Of a stretch of DNA of 64,000 bases, positions 1-10,053 are shown in pieces. Within the stretch, counting starts at the first letter, position 1, and the number at the start of each line of letters is the position of its first letter. The stretch is from Chloropicon primus (taxonomy: Eukaryota): positions 434,001-498,000 of the forward strand of contig CP060754.1 of the NCBI GenBank assembly GCA_023205875.1, read 5' to 3'. The notes under the pieces are model-generated. The model did no database searches and was not told where the DNA came from. It was given only the letters and a program-made list of their open reading frames with translations. The translations under genes were made by a program, and so were the position numbers.

Positions 1-1237
1 CTTCAACGTGGAGGACAAGTTGTCCTTCTTGAGAGAGACGAGGCACGCGTTTGGCCGGACTGCCTTGGTTCTGAGTGGAGGCGGCTCGCTGGGCACTTTC
101 CACGTGGGGGTCGTCAAGGCCCTCCACGAGCAGAATCTGCTCCCGAGGGTTCTGTCAGGCAGTAGTGTGGGGGCGCTGATCTGCGCCATCGTCTGTACGA
201 GGACGGACCCCGAGCTGGTCGACCTCATGGAGAAGTTCTGCTACCTGGACTTGTCCTTCTTCAACAACTCCTCGCTGCCTCAGATTTTGAAGCACATCAT
301 TTCAAAGGGGTCCCTGCACGACATCGGGTTCCTGGCCTACAGGCTGCGGGTTCTCCTCGGGGACTACACCTTTCAGGAAGCTTACGAGAGGTCCGGGCGG
401 GTGCTCAACATCTGCGTCACTGCCGCCAATACGAACGAGCCGCCAAAGCTGCTGAACTATCTCACGGCTCCCAATGTGGTCATCTGGAGCGCCGTGGCAG
501 CATCGTCGGCTTTCCCTTTCCTCTTCATGCCTACGGATCTTCTGGCAAGGAACAGGCAGGGCGAGTTTGTAAAGTACTTGAACATCGACAAAACCCACTG
601 CAGCGACCGGCGGTGGAGGGACGGCTCCTTGGAGGAGGACTTGCCCACGAACGGCGTGAGTGAGATGTTCAATGTGAACTACTTTTTGGTGAGCCAGGTC
701 AACCCTCACATCGTCCCTTGGCTCGCCTTGAAGAACGTCTTCCCGAGGAAGCTGTCGTATCTGATCATCAGCGAGTGGAAGCACAGGTGTCAGCAGCTGG
801 CGGAGATACTGCCCAACTGGTTCCCGAAGCACATGTTCCTGGTCTTCTGCCAGAGGTGGGAGGGGGACGTAACCGTCTACAAGAACACCTCCATCATGAG
901 CTACATCGCCATGCTCGTGAAGGCCGCGATGAATCCAACCTCGTACTCTCTCAAGGTCGCCATCGCGGAGGGACAGAGAAACACGTGGCCAAAGCTCGCG
1001 GCAATCCAGGCCAACTGCGCGATAGAGCAGACGCTGGACGAGTGCATGTGGGAGCTCAAAAAGTCGGTCAACAACAGCATGCTGAAGCAAAGGGGAAGGA
1101 TTCCCAGCTGGCTCAACGTCGACACCATCTCCAGGGAAAATTCCGAGAACTCCCTGCTTTCTCCGAGCATCTCCGCGGAGGAGGAAACCCGGAACCGGAA
1201 GGGGAAGAAGAGGGACGAAATACACATCATGCAATAA
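1..1237 (+). CDS. SDP1: Patatin-domain triacylglycerol lipase (SDP1/TGL4 family), 5' end outside window
   Basis: RHAFGRTALVLSGGG glycine loop, GSSVG nucleophile motif, LLNYLTAPNVVIWSAVAASSA and RRWRDGSLEED motifs. Confidence 0.92.
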   Translation, partial: FNVEDKLSFLRETRHAFGRTALVLSGGGSLGTFHVGVVKALHEQNLLPRVLSGSSVGALICAIVCTRTDPELVDLMEKFCYLDLSFFNNSSLPQILKHIISKGSLHDIGFLAYRLRVLLGDYTFQEAYERSGRVLNICVTAANTNEPPKLLNYLTAPNVVIWSAVAASSAFPFLFMPTDLLARNRQGEFVKYLNIDKTHCSDRRWRDGSLEEDLPTNGVSEMFNVNYFLVSQVNPHIVPWLALKNVFPRKLSYLIISEWKHRCQQLAEILPNWFPKHMFLVFCQRWEGDVTVYKNTSIMSYIAMLVKAAMNPTSYSLKVAIAEGQRNTWPKLAAIQANCAIEQTLDECMWELKKSVNNSMLKQRGRIPSWLNVDTISRENSENSLLSPSISAEEETRNRKGKKRDEIHIMQ

Positions 1238-1375
1238 AGCTTGTAAAACACACTATTCACGATTCTTCTTGAATCCTGGTCGCTGCTGCTCTCTCGCTCT
1301 CGCTCTCGCTCTCGCTCTCCTCGAAGAGCGACAGCAAATTCGGAGAATCATTCAAATCCCATTCAGCTGGTAAAT

Positions 1376-2062
1376 ATGAAGGCGAACGCGAACCTGGTGA
1401 TCGAGGGCGTGCTGGTAAAGCTGGTGCCTTATCGCGAAGAGCACGTTCCCAAGTACCACGAATGGATGCAAGACCCACGACTGTTGGAGGCCACCGCCTC
1501 GGAGCCGCTCTCTCTGGAACAGGAGTACGACATGCAAAAGAGCTGGCGAGAAGACGAGGACAAGTGCACCTTCATCGTTCTGGACAAGGCCTTGCCGAGT
1601 GAACCGGGACTGCACCACGGAGCGGGCATGGCGGGAGACGTGAACTTGTTCTTCAACGAACCTGACGGGAAGGATGTGGCGGAGATCGAGGTAAGCGTCG
1701 GAGCAACGAGACGTGACGGCACCAAATCTCTCAAGACCGGAAACTGAGACTGCGCTGCCCACACGACCTGCAAGGTCATGATCGCCGAGGACAAGAGCAG
1801 AAGGAAGGGCCTGGCCTTGGAAGCAGTGCGGATGATGATTCGGTACGCCGCTACGGAGCTAAAGTGCACCAAATTCGTAGCCAAAATAGGGGAGAGCAAC
1901 TTGGCGTCTCTGAGCCTCTTCAACAAGCTCGGATTCCGCGAAGTCAAGAGGGTCGAAGTCTTCAACGAGGTACACAAGGAGCTGAAGGTGACGCCGGAGC
2001 TCTTGGACGGACTCCAGTCTGTAAAATACCAGCAGTACGACGAAAAGCGCTTATATATTTAA
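1376..2062 (+). CDS. NAT9: N-acetyltransferase 9-like GNAT protein; 2 exons, intron 1691-1774
   Basis: LVPYREEHVPKYHEWMQDP...TASEPLSLEQEYDMQKSWREDEDKCTFIV; splicing GTAAGC...CAAG restores EIEVMIAE...SRRKGLALEA. Confidence 0.9.
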
Positions 2063-2094
2063 AGAGCGAGGTCCCGTCCGCGTACTTCCCCAAC

Positions 2095-3194
2095 TCATTT
2101 CGTGCCCGAGCTGAACTTGACCTCGCCGTTGAGGATAGCTTGATCATCGGTCAGTGACAGAGAGACCAACTCCCTGATCGCGTATCTCGCCAGGGCTTGG
2201 CAATACCGCCTGTCCCCCTTCCCGCTGTATATGTTACGGTTGAGGACCTCCGCAAAGTCCTCTGTGTGGTTGTCTATGGCATCGTCGTAAGCCTTTGCTG
2301 CGCCGAAGAAGATGTCCTCCAGCTGCCGCAGCCACTTGCTCAGTCTGACGCGGACTCCTTCCCTGTGGACGCTCATCTCCACCTCGTGCTGGAAGTTGTC
2401 GTACAAGAATTGCGAGAACGACTTGCCATCGGCCCCGGCACCCCTGAGCCTCCTGAGGACCATCCAGACGTGGAGGCTCACGAACGCGTGCCTTGTCCTG
2501 AAGTCGTTCTCCAACCTCAAGGCTTCCCTAATGCCGGACTCCTCGCAGTGGTCCAGCAGCATCTTGAGAAGGGAGTTCGAGCCTGGCGAAAGGACGACCG
2601 AGTGCGCGCAAAGGAAACGATTGGTCAGCCACTACTGCAGGGTGCGCGAGAGGGTCCACGCCCACCCGCGTTCTCAACTACTCCTTACCTCGAACGAGCT
2701 GACTCTCCCTGGAATAGTATCCCCCAACCTTGAGGACAAACTTTCCTATGATGCCCTTGTCGTTCGCCTCGACTGCGAGGTACGGTCTCTCCGTCTGCAA
2801 GCTCCGCGGCTGCGAGTTCTGGAACAGGCTCTGCGAAGGGCAAAGAAGAACAAAGCAGCAGTAAAGCCACGGCTCGAGTCAGTCGGTCGGTCCCCCCGTC
2901 ATCTTGCGACCCGGGTGGAATGAGAGGCTTCGAACCCACCTGGACGTGCGCCCTCGAGCTCGGATTCGCTTCCTGAGTCGTGCAGTACAGCCTGCTGGTC
3001 CGCAAGGACGTTGATCGGGAGCAACTCTTGTGCAGAAGTGTCTGAAAGCTCCCGGATTCCTGGAAGGACAACGCTTGCGGTTCCACGGTCGAGACGGCCC
3101 CTTCCGCCGCCGCCCCGCTAACGATCCCCCACAGCCGTCCCACCCCCCTCGTCGTCGACAGACCCGCCCTCCTCGTCACCCCCCCCAGCATCAT
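2095..3194 (-). CDS. CBP3: Ubiquinol-cytochrome c reductase assembly chaperone (CBP3/UQCC1), 3 exons
   Basis: LRLENDFRTRHAFVSLHVWMVLRRL motif; middle exon encodes GGYYSRESQLVRG; two GT-AG introns at about 2583-2688 and 2831-2939; transit-peptide-like N-terminus. Confidence 0.82.
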
Positions 3195-3821
3195 ACAATA
3201 GCCTCCCCAAGACTCCACAACCCACACTTAGCAACACCAAAACACACGGAGAAGGAGGTCCACCACGTGAAAACTCCAAGCTTTGTCCAAGGTCTAGGCC
3301 CTCTTTCCCTCGAGTCTGGCGGCCCACGCGCAATGAAGCCTCGTCCCACCTCTCTCTCTGGTGCTGGTGCTGTTCAAGAGATGGAGGCCGAGAGATGGAG
3401 GCCGCTGCTCGGTCTTCTTCGGGAAATTTCCGGATCTCCGAGAGGTCCGTTGGGCATTTCCAATTCCCCCGTTGAGGACAAACGGGAGGCGGCGACAGCT
3501 GAGAGGAGTTTGAGAGAGGAGCGTGACGGCAACAGAGTTGTTGTTGTTGTTTGTTGTTTGTTGTGAGGAGTGAGTGAACTGACTGTGTGGTGGCGGGGGA
3601 CTTGGATTTGTATTGGGGAGACGGAGAGGACGGGACTGGCGCGTGCGGCGTGACAAGACGAGACCGACTTTGGATCAAAAGTTTTTTTTTTCTTTTCCAG
3701 TTGAGGAGAGTCGTCTGCCAGAGTTGCAGGCTGTTGCGCTGGGCCGCTCGAGGGACACGCCGTGTGGACTAAGAAGAGGAGCGGATAGATAGGTTCATTC
3801 TCACGTATTTAGTTAAGAAAG

Positions 3822-4609
3822 ATGGGTTGCATGTTTTCGACGAGTCGCAAGGTGAGTCCTCCGACGGAGAGGGAGGGAGGGAGCTCCCCCAAAGTGGCGC
3901 TCTGTCTCTGTCTCTCTCTCCGTTCCCCCGAGAGCGAGCGACCACGCTTCCGAGGGAGAGAGAGATAGAGAACGAGACGTGTACTGACGCCCTCGATTTG
4001 ATTCCGCTCGCAACCAACGACAAGAAGCCGGCTGACAAGTACAAGTCGGTCGACCCCGAATCCAAGGGGAACTCTCCCGCGGGTTCGAAGGACTATGGCA
4101 CGATGAACAAGAATGAGAAGGAGCCCCAGTACGCCCCCGCGACGCCGCCGGAGACCCCGACCAACGCCTTGAACAAGGCCCTGCTGAAGAAGGTCGCGGA
4201 CAGCGCGCCGAACTCCGGGAAGAAGGAGGCGACGCCCGCGAAGGCTGAGACCCCGAAGAAGGAGGAGCCGGCGAAGACGCCCGAACAGACGAAGACTGCG
4301 GAGAAGTCGCCACTCAAGAGCACGGGCAAGAGAAAGAGCGTCGATCTCCAGCTGGGAGACGAAATGAGGGAAAAACTAGAAAATAGCATACCTGGGAACG
4401 GAAACTCTGCGGACGAGCCAAAGCAAGAGAACGGCGACGCCGGCGCCGGCGCGGGAGAGGAGAAGACCGAGGACGACGACGCAGCCCTTGCCGCCGCCGA
4501 GAAGAAGAAGAGGCAGAACAAGAAGAGGAACGCCAAGAAGAGGGAGAGGGCGAAGAAGAAGAAGGCCGCCGCGAGGGCTGCAGCAGGAGAGGGCGCCCCC
4601 TCGGAGTAA
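3822..4609 (+). CDS. Orphan low-complexity Lys/Glu/Pro-rich protein with N-terminal MGCxxS dual-acylation motif; intron 3852-4024
   Basis: ATG at 3822 gives MGCMFSTSRK followed by a GTGAGT donor; TACTGAC branch site ~3982; CAAG acceptor at 4024 joins in frame to KPADKYK...; GC3-rich codons to stop at 4609. Confidence 0.7.
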
Positions 4610-4771
4610 AACCTACCTGAAGGAGTGAAGGAGTGAAGGAGGAAGATGCTCCACCTCCTCTTTTTGGTATTGCGCCCGCCCTGTTATATACACCGCTATC
4701 TATGAAGCACATACACGCACCGTCTCTCTCTCAATGTCTCTCTCCCTCTGAAGAATCTTCCAACAATCCTC

Positions 4772-6313
4772 ATGGCAGCCTGGCCACCACAAATTCTGCT
4801 TCGTGCATGTGATCAGGTGAACGCGGGGACTCAAGACGCGCTGTCGTCGTCCTGCAGCGGGGCCAAGATGTCGAGGCTGGCGGGGAAAACCATGGTTCTG
4901 AGGCGCAGCTGGATGCCCAAGCCTGGGGTGCCTCGTCAGATGATGCGAACCAGGAGAGCGTACGCCGTGGCGGTAGACAGGGATGAACGGGCAATAATCC
5001 CGGAAGCCCAGGAGAGGGATCTTCCCACCCCGCAGACGCCCGCCGAGTTCGACAGCCTGAACTTCGAGTGCGCGCCCAGTGTCACCTTCTGGAGGACCTG
5101 GGTCAGGCGGAGTCCCGTGGACGACTTGCAGGACTTCGTGGAGGGCGGAGGCAGCTTGGCCTCCCTCGACTTTAACAAGGTGAGGAGCCTGTCGCCCTTC
5201 TCCGCCCAAGAGTGGGGGCTCAATGAGGAGGGTGCGTTCACGTACTGGGCCTATCACCTGCTTCGCTCGGGATTCTTCGTGGCCCAAGGCACCGCTGGGA
5301 TCCTCGCCTCGAACCGAACGAGCAGCGAGGAGACCAACAGCAAGCTCCTGGCAAACATCACGACGAACTCGGGCTTGAGGCTGTACGTCGAGGCCCTCCA
5401 GATGTTCAGACAGGACTTCGCGAACATCAAGTCGGGCTACTACGCTCTCCCTTACGACATGCAGTTGTCTCACCGGCAGTGGAACCCCTTGTTCGTGATG
5501 CAAAGGGCGTTCAGGTTCCTGAGGGAAGCGCCCAGGACCCTGAAGAGGAGGAGCGACGGCGTTGCGGAGGACGTTTGGCTCAAGAGCCCTCTCTATCCGG
5601 AGTATTACCTGAACACCTGGCACTACCAGACGGATGGGTGGCTCTCGAGCGAGAGCTCCGGAGTGTACGAGACTTCGACGGAGACCCTGTTCTTGGGACA
5701 GCAAGACGCGATGCAGAGGACCACTCTCGTTCCTCTGGCGAAGCACTTCGAGGGGGAGGACCTCAGGGGAAAGAGAATTATGGAGCTCGCCTGCGGCACT
5801 GGTAGGTTCGCAACTTTTCTCAAGGACAACTACCCAAGCTCCCACGTCACCTGTTTGGACCTGTCACCTTTCTACCTCCAGGAGGCGAGGGAGAACATGG
5901 AGCACTGGGGGGAGCTCCAGGGAGGGGACCAGGCAGAGCTTGGTGTGGACTTCGTGCAGGCTCCCGCGGAGAAGATTCCTTTCCCGGACAAATCGTACGA
6001 CGCGATCACGTGCATCTACCTGTTTCATGAAGTGACTCAAGAGGTAAGGAAGGAGATCGTCACCGAGATGCACCGCATCTTGAAACCGGGGGGAATCGTC
6101 GTTTTCACGGACTCCATCCAACTCGGCGACAGACCTGAGCTTGACGCGAACATCGATGGCTTCACCGCCTTCAATGAACCCAACTACACGGACTACGTGA
6201 GAACGGACCTCGGTGCTTTGTTCAAGGAGGCCGGTTTCACTTGCTACATCAAAGAGGTTGCGTCGCGGTCCAAGGTCCTCTCCTTCGTGAAGAACGAGGA
6301 CTTTCTCCAGTAG
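4772..6313 (+). CDS. Class I SAM-dependent methyltransferase (cyanobacterial-like, probably plastid-targeted)
   Basis: IMELACGTGRF motif I, LDLSPFYL, YLFHEV, ILKPGG; upstream YPEYYLNTWHYQTDGWLS segment; true start may be Met at 4868. Confidence 0.85.
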   Translation: MAAWPPQILLRACDQVNAGTQDALSSSCSGAKMSRLAGKTMVLRRSWMPKPGVPRQMMRTRRAYAVAVDRDERAIIPEAQERDLPTPQTPAEFDSLNFECAPSVTFWRTWVRRSPVDDLQDFVEGGGSLASLDFNKVRSLSPFSAQEWGLNEEGAFTYWAYHLLRSGFFVAQGTAGILASNRTSSEETNSKLLANITTNSGLRLYVEALQMFRQDFANIKSGYYALPYDMQLSHRQWNPLFVMQRAFRFLREAPRTLKRRSDGVAEDVWLKSPLYPEYYLNTWHYQTDGWLSSESSGVYETSTETLFLGQQDAMQRTTLVPLAKHFEGEDLRGKRIMELACGTGRFATFLKDNYPSSHVTCLDLSPFYLQEARENMEHWGELQGGDQAELGVDFVQAPAEKIPFPDKSYDAITCIYLFHEVTQEVRKEIVTEMHRILKPGGIVVFTDSIQLGDRPELDANIDGFTAFNEPNYTDYVRTDLGALFKEAGFTCYIKEVASRSKVLSFVKNEDFLQ

Positions 6314-6406
6314 TTCCGCGCGAGGAAAAAGAAATTGTATTTGACGCTTGACTGTTTGGGTTGTAAACGAATTTAGAGTTGAAGTTTTTCTTTCAGAGCG
6401 CCTCTC

Positions 6407-8212
6407 CTAGCACCGCCTCCAGCCCGCTCCGCGGATCTCTCTGCTTGGGACGGCGATCGGGCAAGACTCCGGGTGCTTCACGTAGCAGATCCTTGCATTT
6501 GTGTTCTCGTTCGCATTGGCAGTTGTGGAGGCAACCCGGCCCCAGTATGAAGCCAGCCTGCTTGCAGTGCCCTCTTCTGCGCCCCACACGTTTTGGAAAT
6601 ACCCGCCGATCGATTGCCCAAACCTCTCGCCCAACCTCTCGGCTCCTCCGACGAGGTCGTCCCTGAAATCGTACGTGAAGCAGCCCCTTCTCCCCGTCTG
6701 CACGCGATTCTCGCTTGGCCCCGAGTATCCGTCCTCCGTGCACGCGCACGCCTCCTCGGGGGTCACTTCCGGCAGAGAGTCAACGTCCGGCATTCTTTTG
6801 CAGTTCAAACTGAAGAATGTAGACGGTATTGGGATCAGCTCGGCTCCGGAGGGCAGCTCCACCCCCACCTTGAGGTGCCCGGGCCCGTCCATTTGCTTCT
6901 GCATGGCCTCCAGAAAGTAGGATTTGCCTTTCTCCAAGAAAATGGCCCTGGTGGAGACGTAGTCCTCGGGGCCCCTGCTTCCGCTGACCTTTGCCAGACG
7001 CCTCTTGGGGTCCACTGGGCTGTCGGCCATGTACAACCTCCCCGAGTCGTCGCTGGTGAACGTGAAAATGTAGTCCCCGGTGATCGGGGCGCAGAAGAAC
7101 CCGCTCATTCTCGACACGCTGTTCCTTGCCCGGGCGTACACCGCGGGGGCCTCGAAGACGTCGTCGCGCGAATCGAAGACGGTCGTCACTGTTGGGCTCT
7201 CCAGCATTTTTGGATTGTTGGACAGATCGCTGATCCTCCACCCGGGGATGTCCGCCCAGTGCTGATACAGCAAGCCCTCGCGGGCGTAATCGGACAGAGG
7301 GTCCCCGGATCGCATCGGCAGGTTGTTCCCCTCCTCGTCCTCCTCGAACGCGATTTCGCTTGCCGACCGGTCTCCGGTCCCACCAGGAATGCAGAAGCCG
7401 CAAGACCTCCTGCAGTACTTGCCGATCTTGATCCAGTCCTCCTCGCACTTCCCCCACGCCACTTGCTCCTCGCACGTGAACTCGGGCGGCTCCAGGTCGC
7501 AGCACTCCCTGACCGGGTTGCAGTCCGGGGCCTTCGGGGCGGGGGGCGGGGATCTCGGCAGCAGGACGGAGTTCAACTTGACGACCTGCCCGTTACACGA
7601 ATCCCTCGTCTCCAGGACGGGTTCCTCGTTGACCCGGAAGCCGTACGACCGGCTCCCTGACACGGTGACTCGTTCTCCGGTGAGCGAGGCGAGGGTCTGG
7701 GAGCCCCCCGAGAATCCCACCCGCTCCGGCGAGATGTGGTACCTGATCACGTCCGCCAAGTCCATGGCCAGGGCGCTCCCGCTCCGCTCCCCGCTCCCGA
7801 GGTTGATGAAGGCGGTGTCCGTGGGAGCGAAGAGGGTGACGTGGCCCGGCCCCTCGAGGGTGTCCCCGAGACCGAGCTCCCGAATCGCTTTGAGCAAGAG
7901 GGACAGCTCCTCGTCCTCTTGGACGGTCCTGAGGACGGTGTCGACGCAGCCCCGGGCCGAGTCGACCGCGGAGGCCCTCGCAGTCCTCGAAGGGCTGCTC
8001 AAGAAGGCGTCCCACACCCCGGTGTCCGAGGGGGAGGCGGTCCCCCTCTCCCCCTCGCCGTCCACGAAGGCGGACCAGGTCAACGTCTCGTCCCCCCTCT
8101 CCCTCGGAGACGAAGGGGAGCCCCAATCCCACTCCTCGTGCTGAGCGGACGCCACCGCGGGCGAGAGAAGGGCGAGGGCCGCGAGGAAGGTCGTGAGGAT
8201 CGTGAAGCGCAT
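6407..8212 (-). CDS. Secreted multidomain protein: signal peptide, fasciclin (FAS1), ShK-like Cys-rich motif, PA14, C-terminal Cys-rich domain
   Basis: MRFTILTTFLAALALLSPAVASA signal; VTLFAPTDTAF and YHI FAS1 motifs; C..TCEEQVAWGKC...YCRRSCGFC; GFFCAPITGDYIFTFTSDDSGRLY PA14 motif. Confidence 0.82.
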   Translation of the reverse strand: MRFTILTTFLAALALLSPAVASAQHEEWDWGSPSSPRERGDETLTWSAFVDGEGERGTASPSDTGVWDAFLSSPSRTARASAVDSARGCVDTVLRTVQEDEELSLLLKAIRELGLGDTLEGPGHVTLFAPTDTAFINLGSGERSGSALAMDLADVIRYHISPERVGFSGGSQTLASLTGERVTVSGSRSYGFRVNEEPVLETRDSCNGQVVKLNSVLLPRSPPPAPKAPDCNPVRECCDLEPPEFTCEEQVAWGKCEEDWIKIGKYCRRSCGFCIPGGTGDRSASEIAFEEDEEGNNLPMRSGDPLSDYAREGLLYQHWADIPGWRISDLSNNPKMLESPTVTTVFDSRDDVFEAPAVYARARNSVSRMSGFFCAPITGDYIFTFTSDDSGRLYMADSPVDPKRRLAKVSGSRGPEDYVSTRAIFLEKGKSYFLEAMQKQMDGPGHLKVGVELPSGAELIPIPSTFFSLNCKRMPDVDSLPEVTPEEACACTEDGYSGPSENRVQTGRRGCFTYDFRDDLVGGAERLGERFGQSIGGYFQNVWGAEEGTASRLASYWGRVASTTANANENTNARICYVKHPESCPIAVPSREIRGAGWRRC

Positions 8213-8480
8213 GGTTTCTGGCTGGCGCGAGCGCGATCGACCCGAAAATGGCGAATGCCCTGGATCTTGCACACCGCCCGAGAATGAGGAGCAAGAATGA
8301 ACTTTCAAAACGCCTCCCAGTCGTCCAGGATGGCTCGGTCTTGTCCGTGGGATAAGTGGTGCGTTACACGCTCCAGAAAAAATCCCGAACGCTCTCCAGA
8401 AAAAAAAATCGCGGAACGACGAACGGACCTGACCTGAGAGAGCGAGCGACGGCGAAGCGGTGAGACGAGCGACTTGCGGG

Positions 8481-8926
8481 ATGGCAGGCCTGTCTTCGTT
8501 GCGTGGGGGGGTCGTCTGCGGGAGGTTTTTTTCCCTCTCGAGGGTTTTCCCAGGCCTCCTGGGGGGGGGAGCGAGGCGCGGGTACGTGGACGACTTGACG
8601 GACAAGTTGGGCAAGAGAGAGGCGGCGGAGGAGCGCATGTACTTCAATAAGGAGGACGAGAAGCTCTTGCGCGGCCTCTTGGGCAAGATGAAGGTGCGAG
8701 CTCGTGCGAAGCTGGGCTGCTTGGTCTCGCTAACGGAACCTGACACCCTTTCCTTCTTCGTTTCCTGTTCCCGCCCGAACGCGCGGAGCAGGCCCAGGCC
8801 GAGACCACGGACAGATCCCACCAAGAGAAGGAGAGGAGCGCGTTGATCGACATCGTGGGTGGCTACAACATGACGCCGAAGGACGTCGAGCGCCTCCTGG
8901 ACTGGAGGCACAGCTCGGAGTATTAA
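8481..8926 (+). CDS. Mitochondrial F1Fo-ATPase inhibitor (IF1)-like protein; intron 8694-8791
   Basis: Transit-like N-terminus, then LGKREAAEERMYFNKEDEKLLRGLL; second exon AQAETTDRSHQEKERSALIDIVGGYNMTPKDVERLLDWRHSSEY*. Confidence 0.75.
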
Positions 8927-9170
8927 GACCCTGGGCCCCTTCACACAAGTGAAAGTCCACACGAGGACGGACGGACGGATCTTCTTCTCGTTGTCCGATT
9001 CTTGATTCTGTCAATGTCACTCCACGCTTGTTTTGTCCGCCTCCCTCTCCCCCCCCCTCTTTTTCGCCAACCCCTTTCCGTTCCGTTCGTCTCCGTCTCC
9101 CCCCCTCGTGGTGGCCGTTGGAAGAGGCAGAGAGAGAAGAAGAGAGAAGAAGAACAGTGAAGAAAAGGTT

Positions 9171-9220
9171 TTGGTTTTGAGAGAAAGAAAAGGGTTTGGT
9201 TTTGAGAGAAAGAAAAGGGT
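9171..9220. repeat. 25-bp tandem duplication (TTGGTTTTGAGAGAAAGAAAAGGGT x2) just upstream of the FKBP start
   Basis: Two adjacent identical units read directly at 9171-9195 and 9196-9220. Confidence 0.85.
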
Positions 9221-9225
9221 TTGAG

Positions 9226-9965
9226 ATGATATCAACGAGACTATCGCGCGTGGGACAGCAGCTTATTGGTACGAGTGGACAGAAGGTTAGAGCCGCCGCG
9301 AAAGTGGGAAGCAAAGTCAGGGCAGCCGGAGCGAGAAGGAGCTTGGGCGTGAACGTGAACGGGAACTTGTTGTCGAGAAGGTGGGCCACGAACTTTGTTA
9401 TCGGAGTTTGTGCCTTGAATATCTGCTGCACCAGTGCATCGAACGCGAACGGAGAGACCTGCATGGGTAAGTGAAACGGGAAACACCCCCCCGCGCGCGC
9501 GCGCGCGCCGACCCCGACGCCGACGCCTCGCTCTCCCTCCTCTCGGCCCCCCTCGGTTCCGGTGGCTGACGATCTTGGCCTTTACCCTTGTTCCCTCCGC
9601 GGCTGGCAGATCTGCAAACGAGCGCTACCGGCCTCCAGTACTGCGACATCGTCGTGGGAGATGGAAAGGCACCCGTCAAGGGCCAGAAGATCGAGGCCCA
9701 CTACGAGGGCAAGCTCACGAACGGCAAGAAGTTCGACTCCAGCTACGACAGGGGCAGCCCTCTTGCCTTCAGTGTCGGCGCTGGGCAGGTGATCAAGGGC
9801 TGGGACCTTGGAATCCTCGGCGCGGATGACATCCCGCCCATGAAGGTCGGCGGAAAGAGAAAGCTTCTGATCCCTCCTCAGCTTGGATACGGCGACAGAG
9901 GGGCCGGCGGAGTCATCCCTGGAGGAGCCACTCTCGACTTCGAGGTGGAGCTCGTCAGTGCCTAG
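9226..9965 (+). CDS. FKBP-type peptidyl-prolyl isomerase, thylakoid-lumen type (FKBP13-like); intron 9467-9609
   Basis: [45 protein letters not shown]; bipartite transit peptide with twin-Arg (LSRRW). Confidence 0.9.
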
Positions 9966-10053
9966 GTGGCTCCTGAAGCCCGGGACCTCGCCTGAGATAA
10001 GAACTCGTTCTATTCGTTTGGAAAGAAATACATTTTACAGTCTTTTCAACCAC

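Noticed and set aside
3030..3678. Overlapping ORFs between CBP3 and the MGC gene
   Set aside because: Low-complexity promoter/UTR-like sequence without codon bias or motifs
8213..8962. N-terminal ~250 aa of the tracked 851-aa ORF
   Set aside because: Antisense to the IF1-like gene and its intron; the signal peptide marks the real start at 8212
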